Assembly: GCA_965649765.1 (NCBI GenBank)
Contig: OZ287755.1
Coordinates: 19,964,001-20,028,000, forward strand
DNA length: 64,000 nt
Source of the DNA: Bispira polyomma
Taxonomy: Eukaryota
Direction of reading: 5' to 3'
Shown: positions 1-11,467 of the stretch, piece after piece
How positions within the stretch are numbered: position 1 is the stretch's first letter
Layout: each line of letters begins with the position of its first letter
Made by a program: the position numbers and the translations under genes
Notes under the pieces: generated by a model
Database searches by the model: none
What the model was told of the DNA's origin: nothing
The model's input: only the letters and a program-made list of their open reading frames with translations

Positions 1-396
1 GTCAGAGCCCTGAGATACTACTTGGATAAAGTATCCGATATCAGGAAAGGTAGAAAGCTCTTGTTTGTGTCCTTTAAGAAGGGCCACAGCAAAGAAATAC
101 AGGCGTCAATCATATCATCATGGATTAAAGAGATAATTAAGTTGTGTTACTCTCTCGCGGAGGATCACTCTCTAGACCTACTACAGGTAAAAGCTCATGA
201 CGTCAGAGCTTTCGTGGCCTCCAAAGCCTTCCAAGGTGGCGTTTCGGTCGATCAAATTATGTCAGCCTGCCATTGGAAGTCGCATTCCACGTTCACGGAC
301 TTTTACTTGAAAGACCTGGCCTGGGCAGACAAAGACTACCTCTACCTAGGTCCTGTTGTAGCTGCTCAACAGATTGTGGATACTTCACCTTCCTGA
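1..396 (+). CDS. Tyrosine recombinase (DIRS-type), C-terminal part; begins upstream of the window
   Basis: Contains LFVSF...ISSWIK...KAHDVRAFVAS...IMSACHWKSHSTFTDFY: the H-x-x-R box plus the W and catalytic Y motif typical of DIRS YRs. Confidence 0.9.
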   Translation, partial: VRALRYYLDKVSDIRKGRKLLFVSFKKGHSKEIQASIISSWIKEIIKLCYSLAEDHSLDLLQVKAHDVRAFVASKAFQGGVSVDQIMSACHWKSHSTFTDFYLKDLAWADKDYLYLGPVVAAQQIVDTSPS

Positions 397-1416
397 TCTA
401 CTCTCAACATGTGATATTTGCCTCAGTGTGTGTGCCTGTGACCCGGCTGCTCTCTTGTGAAAACCAGGGGGGGGAGCCGACCGGATCGTGACACTTGCCA
501 GTGCCCCACCGGTCAACCGGACCCGGTACTACCGGACCAGTAGGACTACACACCAGCAGGATACCTGTATCGATGGTGAGAGAAAAAATTTTGACTTATT
601 CTGTTTTTTGATCTTAAAACACACAATGTAAGCATGGTTGTCAAATTAAAGTACGTTAATACTGTAATTCTGGGGGATAACTGATTACTATCTGTTCTCA
701 CATAAAGATATATATACTTGTCAATATTAATCCCAGAGTGGTATCTAATTATTGCGGGTATTTTAACCTTTTTTAGGTCAAAAAGTCTTACAGTGTGTGG
801 AAGTTCTGGTACTCTATGAAAAGGTGGTCTTCTCGATGACAGAGAGCTTCATGCTATGGTAAGTTACTATTACCTACCAAATTAATTCCTTCTTTCCTTA
901 TAGGATCAGACAGGAAGAGACAGCATCACCACCATCAACACTAATAACTTTGTTTATTTCAGAGAAAAGGAGTTCTACCAGCTTCCCTGTGGCGTTTACC
1001 CACCTCCTTGGTGACGGTATTCAGCACACAGTTTCACTGGGTAAGTAATTGTATTGCAATAAAATTAGAAATTTTATTCATAAATTGTATTTTTATAAAA
1101 TACATACTTACCCAGTGAAACGGTTAGAGTCCCACCTAACCTGCCTCGCGGTTAACACCAAGGGATAGGGTATTTCTATTAATGGGTTCAAAATGGCTCT
1201 AGTAAATCAGAATGGTCAGTGCACAGCTTCTCGCGCAGGGTCACGTGATGTCCCGGTCCCCGGTGGACCGACTCTCGTCGGAGGCGACCGGCATATAACC
1301 CCTTTTCTCTTAGGGATTGGTCGTCACCGGCAGGCGAACTACCGGTAAGCACACAGTTTCACTGGGTAAGTATGTATTTTATAAAAATACAATTTATGAA
1401 TAAAATTTCTAATTTT
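1..1416 (+). mobile_element. 3' end of a DIRS1-like tyrosine-recombinase retrotransposon (YR C-terminus, ICR and right ITR with extension)
   Basis: YR ORF end, then 1061-1121 is a perfect 61-bp reverse complement of 1356-1416, and 1023-1046 is directly repeated starting at 1348. This is the DIRS1 internal complementary region / right ITR layout, ending in TTTT. Confidence 0.85.
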
Positions 1417-1861
1417 GTGATTTAGATTTTTAAAGGATTCAAGTAAGTGTGACTAAAATTATTTATCTATGTATACCATTTGTGATTTGTAAAATGTTTG
1501 TGCATAGAATAGTGTCAGTTTAATAAAAAAAAATAATCTGTAATTGAATTAAACATTGGCTTTGATTACCAAGGGATTTATTTAAGTGTGATAGATTTTT
1601 TTAGTGTGTTATTACTAGTACTTTTTATTGTCTATAGGGATGGCGATATATGTGGTTTCCTAACTGTTGTATAATTGGATTAAACATGGACTTTGATTAG
1701 TAAGAGATTCATTTAACTGTGACTGTTTGTTTGAGGTTGCTTTAGTGGCTTCTGTTATAGCTAATCCATCTTCTATTGTCAATGTGGATGGTGATGTTTG
1801 TGGTTTCCTGACTGTTCTATAGTTGGATAAAACATTGGCTTAGATTAGTAACAGGCCTATT

Positions 1862-4497
1862 GATTATATACACCGATCCAGTGGATACTTTATTTTAGCG
1901 TTCGCTATGCCGCCACAGAGAGATTTTCTCCGTTAACACTCTCTGCAGAAAACTAGACCAGCTAGCTTTACCAAGTTTGCAGGGTATCTTTTTTGGGAGG
2001 TAAGCTTCTTTGCGACTGAAATTAGCCTCATTCTGAAAAAAAAGATGGTCGCCATCAGCATTTCTTTGAAAATTATCTACCTTTTTCAACTGACTGGTTT
2101 TTGTAACTAGAAGGTTGAATCTCTTCATAGGTGAAATGTATAACAGATATATATGTCCTCTACAAGCATACAGACATTTGACCTTGAAGCTCTTCATTCA
2201 AGGTCATTTACAAAGTGCCAAAGTACACAAAGTAACAGACTTTAAAAGTGCCTATATCTCCCTTATTATTGGTCCTAGAGGTTTGGCATGTGAAGCCTAC
2301 CTATAGGAAATCATGGGCTGGGAATCTTCCAGAGGTGCATTATGTCAATATCTTGGTTAGGATTGTATTTGGGCCCATTCAAAAAAACAACTTGAAATTT
2401 GTTGCTGGACCCTATCCCTGATAATAATTGCGCAACCCACCTTTTTGGGGTCTATAACCCCACTAGTTTAAATTCATCTATTTATTATATTAAAATGTTT
2501 ACAACAGAGATATAACATATAGCTATTCTCAGCCAAGGAGGGCGCTTATAAATCACTCAAATTTTAAGTTTTGTAAAAACATGACAACAGGTGTAACAAG
2601 CAAAGAATATTAACTGATATTAAGTGTTTTTTGTTGCAACATTTAAGTAATAAACAATGGATTCTCAAAAGGATATATTTGAATATTTATTGTGTTTGGA
2701 AGAGCCCATGACAAATACCTATCAATTCCTGATAACAAAATGTGGACATTATTTTTGTTCATGCTGTTTATCCAGTATCTTCAAACATGCAATGAGCAAC
2801 ATAATACAATGCACACTGTGTGAATGTGCAGTGCAAGTCTATGAAGTTGAATCAGTTAACCATAAGTTTAAAGAGCAACTGCTGGATCTGAATGTTATTT
2901 GTAGTGTATGTGGATTTAATGGCCATTACACAAGGACATTTTTTTGTAAAATAGACACAGATCACTCAATACAGGTGAATAAAGATGTTACATTCACCGA
3001 TGGTTCCATAGAGTCACCATTACAGAGTACACCAATAGGAGACAAGAATGTTCCTTTGACATCCAAGGACATGGAACTTCAAACATCACCAATTCTCATT
3101 TGTTTACCTGACATCCAAGGACATGGAACTTCAAACCTCACCAATTCTCATTTGTTTACCTATTCCACCAAAACAATCAGTGCAAAATAACTCACTTAAA
3201 CCGTCTTTACAGCGCCACTTAACATCTCTAACATCTCCACTGACGCTGACATCATTACCATATGTGAATCCAGACTTCAACCTACCGACCAACAATCACA
3301 CCACATTGACCACTTTACATGCATCAGAAACAACCAAACCCATCATCGCCACACAACTAGACCTCCACATGGATTAATCATTTATATACTAAATTCATGC
3401 ATAGCGTTGTCCCATCATCATTTCAACACCCCCACATTTTAATACAGGATTGTACAATTACAACAACTACCTTCTACTGCAATTGTCATTGTTCTCATAT
3501 AAATTTACACAACAAATACAACCCTCCTTCGGTCTTACAATACTAACAGGTACATTGTCCTTGGCGATTTCAACATCAATATACAATCATCACAAAATAA
3601 AACATTGCTTCAACCTATGAATGTCACCTTCCAAGCACAACAGCAATCTACCACAACATCTTGCTACGGCACCCTCATCAACTTATGCTTCTCACCCCTC
3701 CCACTACACCCTTCAACCATTTCTTGCAACTTCTCTGACCATAACATGTTAACCTTATCTTTAGACAAACAATAAACACTCCCCACATATTCCACTAACA
3801 TCATTCACATCTCCATCTAGAACATCACTTTATATCCCACTTCACAACATAACTAAAATCTTGCCTTCGCCCTCTTTAACAAAACAAAAGTCCTTTACAC
3901 ACCAACAAACAATTACCTATCCATAATTACAGCCCCTCCCCTTCATGACAGCTGACAATGTGGCCCACAGGGGCCACTCTATTTTTATCTTGTTAAATAT
4001 TATAGATACTCGGTACTAGCATTTCTGGGATGACGTCATCACTTTTCGTATACATCCCACATTTTATTTGACACGAGCGTCTTGCAAATCGCTTATGTTC
4101 TCATCACTTTTGGGGCATTTCGGTTGGGTACTCGACTTTCAAAATTTCCTATCTCGCTAGAATATATTTTGTTAACACACGAGTCGAGGCAAAGTCTGTG
4201 AACTCCTTCTATTTAAGCCTACATTCTCATTATATTTGGGGCGTTTTATGGGGGTACTCGGCTTTCAGAACTTCCTCCTTCACTATAATATCTTTTATTT
4301 AACACACGAGTCGAGGTTTCGTCTAAAACGTGACCCGGAAGTGAGCGACATTAAAGGATTTATAGTGAAAATACTGTATGCATATCGATACGTACTTGCT
4401 TTTAAATTTCATATCGCAATGTATTGCTTTTAGAAACTATATTGGGGTATATGAAGAAGTGTAGTATTCCCCCTCAGGTGTATGAATACATCTATTT
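1862..4497 (+). mobile_element. Putative non-autonomous Helitron/Helentron-like (HINE-type) composite element carrying a RING ORF
   Basis: Starts TTATATACACCG. Has 3'-type hairpins GTGGCCC-acag-GGGCCAC followed by TCTATTTTT (~3960-3986) and AGGTGTA-tgaa-TACATCT followed by ATTT (~4476-4497), and a ttgaccttgaa...ttcaaggtca internal motif. Boundaries are uncertain. Confidence 0.4.
2657..3377 (+). pseudogene. Degenerate C3HC4 RING + zinc-finger ORF resembling the N-terminal region of RAG1/Chapaev-type transposases
   Basis: FEYLLC...ITKCGHYFCSCCL...IIQCTLCE...ESVNHKFKEQLLDLNVICSVC. The first Cys appears mutated (TAT vs TGT). A 52-bp tandem duplication (3057-3108/3109-3160) shifts the frame between ORFs 2657-3190 and 3123-3377. 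Confidence 0.6.
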
Positions 4498-4539
4498 CCA
4501 TGTAGGGATACTTAAATAAATTGAAATATAGATCCTATA

Positions 4540-5200
4540 TTGTATTTTGTCTAGGTTGACCAAAAAACAATTATTATTTTTTTCCTAGGTAGACAGGACG
4601 AAGGGTGGACAAAAAAAAATATATATTTTTCTAGGTCGACAGGTTTTTTTAGGTAGACAGGCCGACATGTAGAAATTTTATATTTTTTAGGTAGTTAGGT
4701 CGACAGGTAGACTAATTTTTTTAAATATTTAAGAAAGATGAGCTGTCAGGTCGAAATTATTTTAGGCTTAAGGGGTTAGGGGATTATATCTAAGTTTATG
4801 TGTAACAGATATTTAGGCTAAAGAATGATGGCTAACTCTCCTAAACCCTAACCCTAAACTATAAAAAATTACCTTCAATCAAAAAATTAAAAAAACTTTT
4901 TTTTTAACTTGTCGACCTGTCAGGTTACATGTTGACATGTCGACAGATAGACAGTTGATCAATTTTTTTTTTTTTTTTTTTTAGGTAGACAGGTTGACAG
5001 GTAGACAGGTAATATTTTTTTAATATTTAAATAAGTTGTCAAATAAATTTCTTTTTTGTAACTTTTATATTGACAGGTGTATTTTAGGTTATAGGTAGAC
5101 AAGTAGACAGATATTCTTTTGTTGTTGTAACTTACATATTGACAGATAATATTGGTTTACTTTTAGGTAGACAGCTTGAGAAATAGATACATGTCTCCGA
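4540..5200. repeat. TE-derived region with repeated AGGTAGAC/GTCGACAG motifs in both orientations
   Basis: Many copies of aggtagacag/gtcgacag around a central ggttaggg...ccctaaccctaa inversion. Confidence 0.5.
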
Positions 5201-5268
5201 GATTTGTAACCGCAAGGTCACTTTCCTCTTGTTACTATTTACACACAAGTCATTCAATTGCACCTGTG

Positions 5269-5525
5269 GAGCCGCGGTGGCCTAGTGGTTAGCAAGCATT
5301 GCGCTTCACAATCACTGGTCTCTCACCTCTGGGCGGCGTGAGTTTGAATCCCATCGATGCCTCTGTGGGAAAGGTGGTAGTTCCTTACTGTGGGCCACTG
5401 GTTTCAGTCCAGAATCTTGATCAACTGTATGCAGTGTTTCCTCTAGTGTTTCCAACTACCCGTCCCAGTATAACCTAAACAGGTACTAGAGTGGATGTTA
5501 AATATCCAAATTCAATCAATTCAAT
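5269..5525 (+). mobile_element. tRNA-derived SINE family A (other copies 22263-22509 +, 37408-37654 +, ~47954-48204 -)
   Basis: A-box TGGCCTAGTGG and B-box GTTTGAATCC. Four near-identical ~250-bp copies with 13-17 bp TSDs (caattgcacctgtg/caattacacttgtg here; aaattcgaatcttacgg/aaattcgaatcgtacgg at 22 kb). Confidence 0.9.
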
Positions 5526-5919
5526 CAATTACACTTGTGAAATTGCTCTTTTTAACACCAATTCCACATCTTTTCTACACTACGTAAAACAGGAAGTGGT
5601 ATTTTTTTTCTCTCTCCAATCAGGAATCACATGACAATAGGTGTACGGGAAAATAAATATTGTGTTGCCATGACACCCACAAGGGAAGTTATAAATTGAA
5701 ATCAATTATGCTGATTAAATCATTGTTTTGTGCTGTTCTACACATATTAATGGTGGAAATATATAGAAATAGCATTACTACTTTAAAATATGTCTGTACG
5801 AGGCAAGTTTTTAAGTTCACGGTTAATCGGCTACTCGGCGGTTACTTTGAATGGTTCGTCGGCCAACAAAATTGACAGACTGTTTCAGCCATAGGCCTAT
5901 TTTTGTTTTGTGTGTGTAG

Positions 5920-6017
5920 TCTGGATGTCCACGTCTAATCACACCCATCTAGTCACAGACAGACAGAACGTCCCCTTCCTACCAGTAAATCCAGAGTTCT
6001 CATCCACCAGGAATCAG
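5920..6017 (+). CDS. GIT: GIT exon (Spa2-homology region): WMSTSNHTHLVTDRQNVPFLPVNPEFSSTRNQ
   Basis: Matches GIT1/2 VPFLPVNPEYSATRNQ; tgtag acceptor, gtaact donor, phase 1 to 0. Confidence 0.93.
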
Positions 6018-6486
6018 GTAACTACACCCTCTTTCAAGATATCCTTTATATTTGATTTAAAATCTATTTCACAACTTTTAAACCTGTTGTCTCTCAACAG
6101 CCCGAAAAAAACTTTCTGTTTTCTCTGTTAAACCCACAAAGATGGTTAAGTTTGGTGTTGAGAGCAAATGATTTTATATAGAAAAAGATTACAACTAATT
6201 CCTGGCAAAAATTGGTTTGTTTCATTTCCCAGCCTAAACGTCTGGCAATATTTAAAATACTACAGGAAGTGTACATGAGCCATATCTCTAAATACAACAT
6301 GGACAATAATATTGTTGGGTGTTGTGGATATGGTGAAATTTCAAGGATTTAGTAAGCAATTTTGTACAATTTCTTAGTTCTGTCTCTTTTGGTCAGCCAG
6401 TTCTTTAAGTTTGATTTTCCAGTAATTGGATTATAGAAGTTGAGATAATAGGGTGTTTCTACTGTTTGTATGAATGTCTGTTTCAG

Positions 6487-6589
6487 GGCAGACAGAAGCT
6501 GGCCAGGTTCAACCCAAGGGAATTTGCCACGTTAATCATAGACATCCTTACAGACGTGAGGCGGAGACAGTGTCCTCACTACTCACTGG
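6487..6589 (+). CDS. GIT: GIT exon (SHD2): GRQKLARFNPREFATLIIDILTDVRRRQCPHYSL
   Basis: Near identical to GIT1 GRQKLARFNAREFATLIIDIL; tttcag acceptor, gtaagt donor. Confidence 0.95.
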
Positions 6590-7042
6590 GTAAGTGGGCA
6601 AAAACATCCTTACCCCAGTTTAGTAAATTAGTGTGTGGTATCCTACGAAGTCCTACCTTTACTGGTAAGGCCATCCTTACAGACGTGAGGTGGAGACAGT
6701 GTCCTCACTACTCACTGGGTAAGTGGGCAAAAACATCCTTACCCCAATTTAGTAAATTAGTGTGTGTTATTCTATGAAGTCCTACCTTTACTGGTGGGGC
6801 CATCCTTACAGGCATGAGGCGAAGGTAGTGTCCTCACTATTCACTGGGTAAGTGGGAAAAAACATCCTCACCCCAGTTTTGTTAATTAATGTGTGTTATC
6901 CTACAAAGTCCTACTTTTACTGGTAAGGCCATCCTTACAGACATGACGCGAAGGCAGTGTCCTCACTATTCACTGGGTAAGTGGGCTAAAACATCACTGG
7001 CCCCAGTTTAGTAAATTAGTGTGTGTTATCCTATGAAGTCCT
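6543..7042 (+). repeat. 129-bp tandem repeat (~4 copies) spanning the exon 3' end and 5' splice site
   Basis: CACTGG|GTAAGT donors at 6590, 6719, 6848 and 6977 (exact 129-bp period). Confidence 0.95.
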
Positions 7043-7043
7043 A

Positions 7044-7250
7044 AATCTTACTTAATGGGTTTGACAATATTTGATTTAACTGAGTTCTACTAAATGGGTT
7101 TGACAATATTTGACTTAACTGAGTTCTACTTAATGGGTTTGACAATATTTGACTTAACTGAATCTTACTTAATGGGTTTGACAATATTTGACTTAACTGA
7201 GTTCTACTAAATTTGTTTGCCAATATGGTTCTACTTTATGGGTTTGAACA
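7044..7250 (+). repeat. 39-bp minisatellite (~5 copies) derived from a Tc1/mariner-type MITE terminus
   Basis: Unit tgacttaactgagttctacttaatgggtttgacaatatt matches MITE ends at ~28508-28543 and ~43707-43742. Confidence 0.85.
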
Positions 7251-7267
7251 TCTTGTGTTATTTCCAG

Positions 7268-7372
7268 GGACGGGTACTTTGAACCTGTCTACCAAGAAGT
7301 CAATCAGTATTATCAGTGATGATGAGCCTCTCTATGATTCGGTGGCTTCTGACGAGGATTACGCGAGTATTG
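7268..7372 (+). CDS. GIT: GIT exon: GTGTLNLSTKKSISIISDDEPLYDSVASDEDYASI
   Basis: Conserved YDSVASDED motif of GIT proteins; phase 1-1, ag/gtaagt. Confidence 0.92.
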
Positions 7373-7937
7373 GTAAGTTACACTCTCTCTCTCTAAGGAT
7401 TAGTGGCCATTTTATGTCTTCAGTTTTGAAGCTAAGTGAAAACTCAAAAGTAAGGTCACTAAAAATTAGTGTCAGGACAGTAAAACTTTTAGTCCATTGG
7501 TCTCATATGCTGAGACCGGTGAACCAGTTTTTAAAAAAAAGATTTGCTTGAATTTTCATTATTTTATTGTTAATGGCAGTCAGGGTATTGTCAGCCCCCA
7601 TGTAAGACTGGTTGGTAGGAAGTTCAAAATATATACTGGAGAGAGATGATTGATTGTTGACTGAGATACCAAACTTTTAAAGTTGTAGTCATGGCAGATG
7701 GTAGTCTTATCGAGACATTTAAATTTACCATTAAAGTCCCTTGCCGTGGTTCAAATCCCACTGGTACAGTAATGTGAAAATGTATAATATCAGGTACTTG
7801 GCATAGGTTCTTAGATTACACCATTAAATCTGGCCGTTGTGTTTAATGAACATTTAAGTAAGGTCTTGCTCTCCCTACATGTTTTGGATATTAACTGGTG
7901 TACTGTAATAGTCTGTACTTGTATTTTATTGAGTTAC

Positions 7938-9262
7938 TAGTGGCCCAGTGGTTAGGGAGTTTGTCTGGGCCGGTATTCTCGAACGTATACTCAGCCTGAG
8001 TATGACATATACTCAGCTTATACTCAAAACATTCTGAGTTTATGTCATACTCAACAAAGTTGGTATTCTCGAACGTTTGAGTATGAGTATAATCCTGAGT
8101 ATATACTCAAATCCTTGAGTATGGCTATAGCATACTCAAGGCCTTGAGTATACGATAGAATATCAATAATAAGCATGCTATATTTTTACTTTTCATTTAT
8201 AGAATGAGATATACAAGTCAGAAACGATTAGAAAATGTTACTTTATTGTGTAATTTAATCACACTATTATTATTCAAGCCGTTTAACCCAAAACTCAAAG
8301 TCTACAATAGAGTACATAATATAGATAATTGTTAGCTAATTTTTATTTAATTAGGTGACTTGTTATTGTTTTTCCTAAACTATGTTGAAGATAGGTTAAT
8401 AATTTATACTTTTAATATAAAATATTTGCCTTTTATGGGTTGTGTGTGTAGGCTATATTTTACACCAATAATTTATATGAATGTTGCTTAAACAGTAAAT
8501 TAAGGTACATATTTTGTGGCTTGTGGGTAATGATATTGTCACTAAATTCTATTTTTGTTCCTTTAACATTCAAGAAACAACTCAATAGACTGCAACAAGT
8601 CATTGAAAGACAAACATTTTAACACTAGCATATCTATTTATTTCCTTCTTACATGTGTGCACAATACTTAGAAATAATAAACAAAAACAGAAATAAATTT
8701 TATGTAAAAATGATAAAAAACTTAATATTATACTGGAAAGACAAAATGTTAAAGGCTTACACAATTAATAATTTTTTTTAGATAAGAAATTACAAAACTG
8801 GTTGTACAATAACCTAATTTACTGCGAGTCTGTCAGTCAGTGACATCATACAGCTGAGTATATGCTCAAAATATGCCTGAGTTTATACTTAGTTGAGTTT
8901 ACATTCGAGAATACCAATTTGAGTATATACTCAGCTGAGTATAAACTCAAGGTTTGAGTTGAGTACATACTCAGATTTGAGTATACGTTCGAGAATACCA
9001 GCCCTGGTGATCAGAAGGTCCCCGGTTCAACTCCCAGTGGGGGGAGTTGGTCTAGTGATCGGAAAGGTCCCTGGTTCATGACTCCTGCTAATATCGCTAG
9101 GTACATTAATTTGGTGGGATACCATCCTTGGGCAAGATGTAGACGCACCATTACTAAGGACGGCCTAGAGTATGCTGTAGGACACATGATTAGTTAATTG
9201 ATTCGGTTGTGCTTTACAAGATGCTTCGCATCAATATAAGGCATGTTAAAATACAATACATT
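7938..9262 (+). mobile_element. CORE-like tRNA SINE split by the MITE (related copies ~47240-47575, ~49245-49490, partial ~51590-51845)
   Basis: A/B boxes, catccttgggcaag core and shared tail aagatgcttcgcatcaataaggcatgttaaaata. Confidence 0.75.
7968..9003. mobile_element. Non-autonomous DNA transposon (PIF/Harbinger-like MITE) with CTG TSD, inserted into a SINE
   Basis: 26-bp TIR GGCCGGTATTCTCGAACGTATACTCA (1 mismatch); CTG at 7965-7967 and 9004-9006; subterminal TGAGTA/TACTCA repeats. The empty site restores the SINE sequence seen at ~49275. Confidence 0.9.
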
Positions 9263-9287
9263 CACAATTTTATATCCTGGTCACTAG

Positions 9288-9397
9288 GAGACACTCAAAG
9301 CTTAAAGGACATGAAGTTAGACGGTCACCCGCCAATCCTTGTGAAAGAAAACGGAGAGTCAACACTGCTGAAAGCAGACCACACTAAAGGGGACGAG
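9288..9397 (+). CDS. GIT: GIT exon: GDTQSLKDMKLDGHPPILVKENGESTLLKADHTKGDE
   Basis: Open frame, ctag acceptor, gtgagt donor, phase 1 to 0 bridging the flanking exons. Confidence 0.8.
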
Positions 9398-10809
9398 GTG
9401 AGTGTGTGGGTATGTAGTAGTAGTAATATAGAGAGGCTTAGCAACTGTTGTCATGGCGATATACCATATTTTTTTTAGTAGAGGCTCTCCTTACTAATTA
9501 TAGACTATAGGTTATAAGTGTGTACTCAGATCCTATGTGACAGATTGCTATCACTTTTGGCATGAGTGTAACCCATGGGTAAAGTGACAAAAACATATAT
9601 TTCAAATTTTGAAAAATATTTAATATGGCCTCTGTAGGAGGTAAAGAAAGGCGAAAATTAGCCACTGGGTGCGTCATGTGTGCCCACTAGTCGAAATCTA
9701 AATCTACTGCTTTGTAGGCGCAAAATCTTCCCTGCAAAGGAACTCAGTGCGCTAAATGGAACAAAAAAATAGTCCAAAATCATAGTCGCGAGACTTTTAC
9801 ATTTTTGTTTATAGAACTGAATACCAACACTTTAGCAAGTTACATGTCTCCTGCAGGAAGTGTTGTGAGTATTATAATACTGACTTGTACTAGATCATTG
9901 TGTGATAATGCAGGTCAGCATGTAAGTGATATTGACCTATGGTTAAGAATCAAGATATTTTGTGGAGAGTTCAACTTATTTTGACAAACAACATATTATT
10001 TTTTAACAATAACTTACACCGCCACATTTATCATAGAAATTACAGTATATACAATACCCAAGGTGAAGGTCACAAAAACAGCAGCAGAAGCATCTGGCTG
10101 ATAAATTTTAATGTTTAATTATGTGTTTTTCATCTTTTTATATTTGTTTACTCTTTCAATTTCTGTTCTATTGCCATATTTACTTTTGTACAAAAACTGT
10201 TTAGTTTGGCAAGTAGTAAATGAAACAAGTTACCAACACATAGTTGATAGTTTTGACAATGTTTGTAGACAATGTTGTCAAGAAGATGTGGTCTTATGTG
10301 TTAGTTATTTCTTTAGTTAAAAACAATAGAAATTATTCTCTTTCAGAAAAATGACTCCCTTGTATTATGTCGAGCCTCTGTGTGTAACTGTCATATGATT
10401 TGTTACTAAATTGTTAGTTGAAATATATACTTTGATTCTACATTATTTTGAATAATCTTGTTTTTAAATAATTGTTCCATTCATTGTTTCTGCATACAAT
10501 TGTTTTGCAACTTAGTTTATATTACTTTCACCAGTGTAACAGCGTTTGTATCAAGTAGAGCATTGTTGTAAAACTTGATGTCATTAGATATCTTAACACG
10601 CACTAGTGCTAAACCCAGCCTTTTTGCTAAGATGTATTTTCTTTTTGGTGTATAACAATTTTTTTGCTTTAGATGTATTACAAAAGATATAAAAGACTTA
10701 GGGTCTTGTGTTTGAAAGAATTTATACTATAACTTTCCCACATGAACGAATCAAGAGGTTTTTAACCTACACTTGTGAGAGGCCAGCCATTATGAAGCAT
10801 GCACTTTAT

Positions 10810-11459
10810 GTGGTGGTTTCACTAACAAGTATGATCGGGAAAATGGGCTCGATTTAAGATCAGGGCATTTGGGGCGAAAAAATGATAAAATTTAATATTT
10901 TGGGTCAGAAAAGGAAAGTGTGGGGCGACTTTCCAGATCAAACTAATTGCGTCCCTTTTTGACTGGACACCGATCACGATCGACCTTGAAGTCCGTACTA
11001 AAACTGGCCGGGCCTCCCCGATCCTGCTAGGATCGAACTTATTGGCGATAGGATCTGACGTATTGACCATATCGGCAATAAATTCTGACAGATGTATACC
11101 CAGTCTCTCATGATCAAACCTCTAATAATCAAGGTCGGAAATGCTATGCCAACGCTATGTTGAAAATTCTTCCTCATCACCTCATTCGCCCACCATTTTT
11201 ATCCCCCGAATTTTAAGTTCGAACGGGCCAGTGTTAGGACAGGCCTGAAGTGAGATAAGACCTATCAGACAGAACGTAATGACAATGGGATGCTAGTCTG
11301 CCAGACTTTTGAAAAATATCAAACATGTTTTATATTCTTGCGGAAACCACTGCATTCACCCCCGTTTTCATCCTCTGAACTATACAAACTCAAATTATCT
11401 CACCCCAGACCTTAAAAATGGTATGGTTAGGGAGTAAATCAGGAATATGGAACCACCAC
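10810..11459. mobile_element. Harbinger-like MITE
   Basis: Short TIRs gtggtggttt.../...ggaaccaccac around a GC-richer interior. Confidence 0.45.
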
Positions 11460-11467
11460 TAGGCAAG

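Noticed and set aside
1031-1046. Homology between the DIRS end (tcactgggtaagt) and the GIT exon donor at 6583-6595
   Set aside because: Only 13 bp, and half is the splice consensus; most likely chance.
4770-4860. Telomeric repeat / interstitial telomere
   Set aside because: Only 1-2 TTAGGG/CCCTAA units, embedded in a TE-like inverted structure.
5269-5360. tRNA genes at GGTGGCCTAGTGGTT motifs
   Set aside because: These are SINE heads followed by shared bodies and tails with TSDs; no complete cloverleaf.
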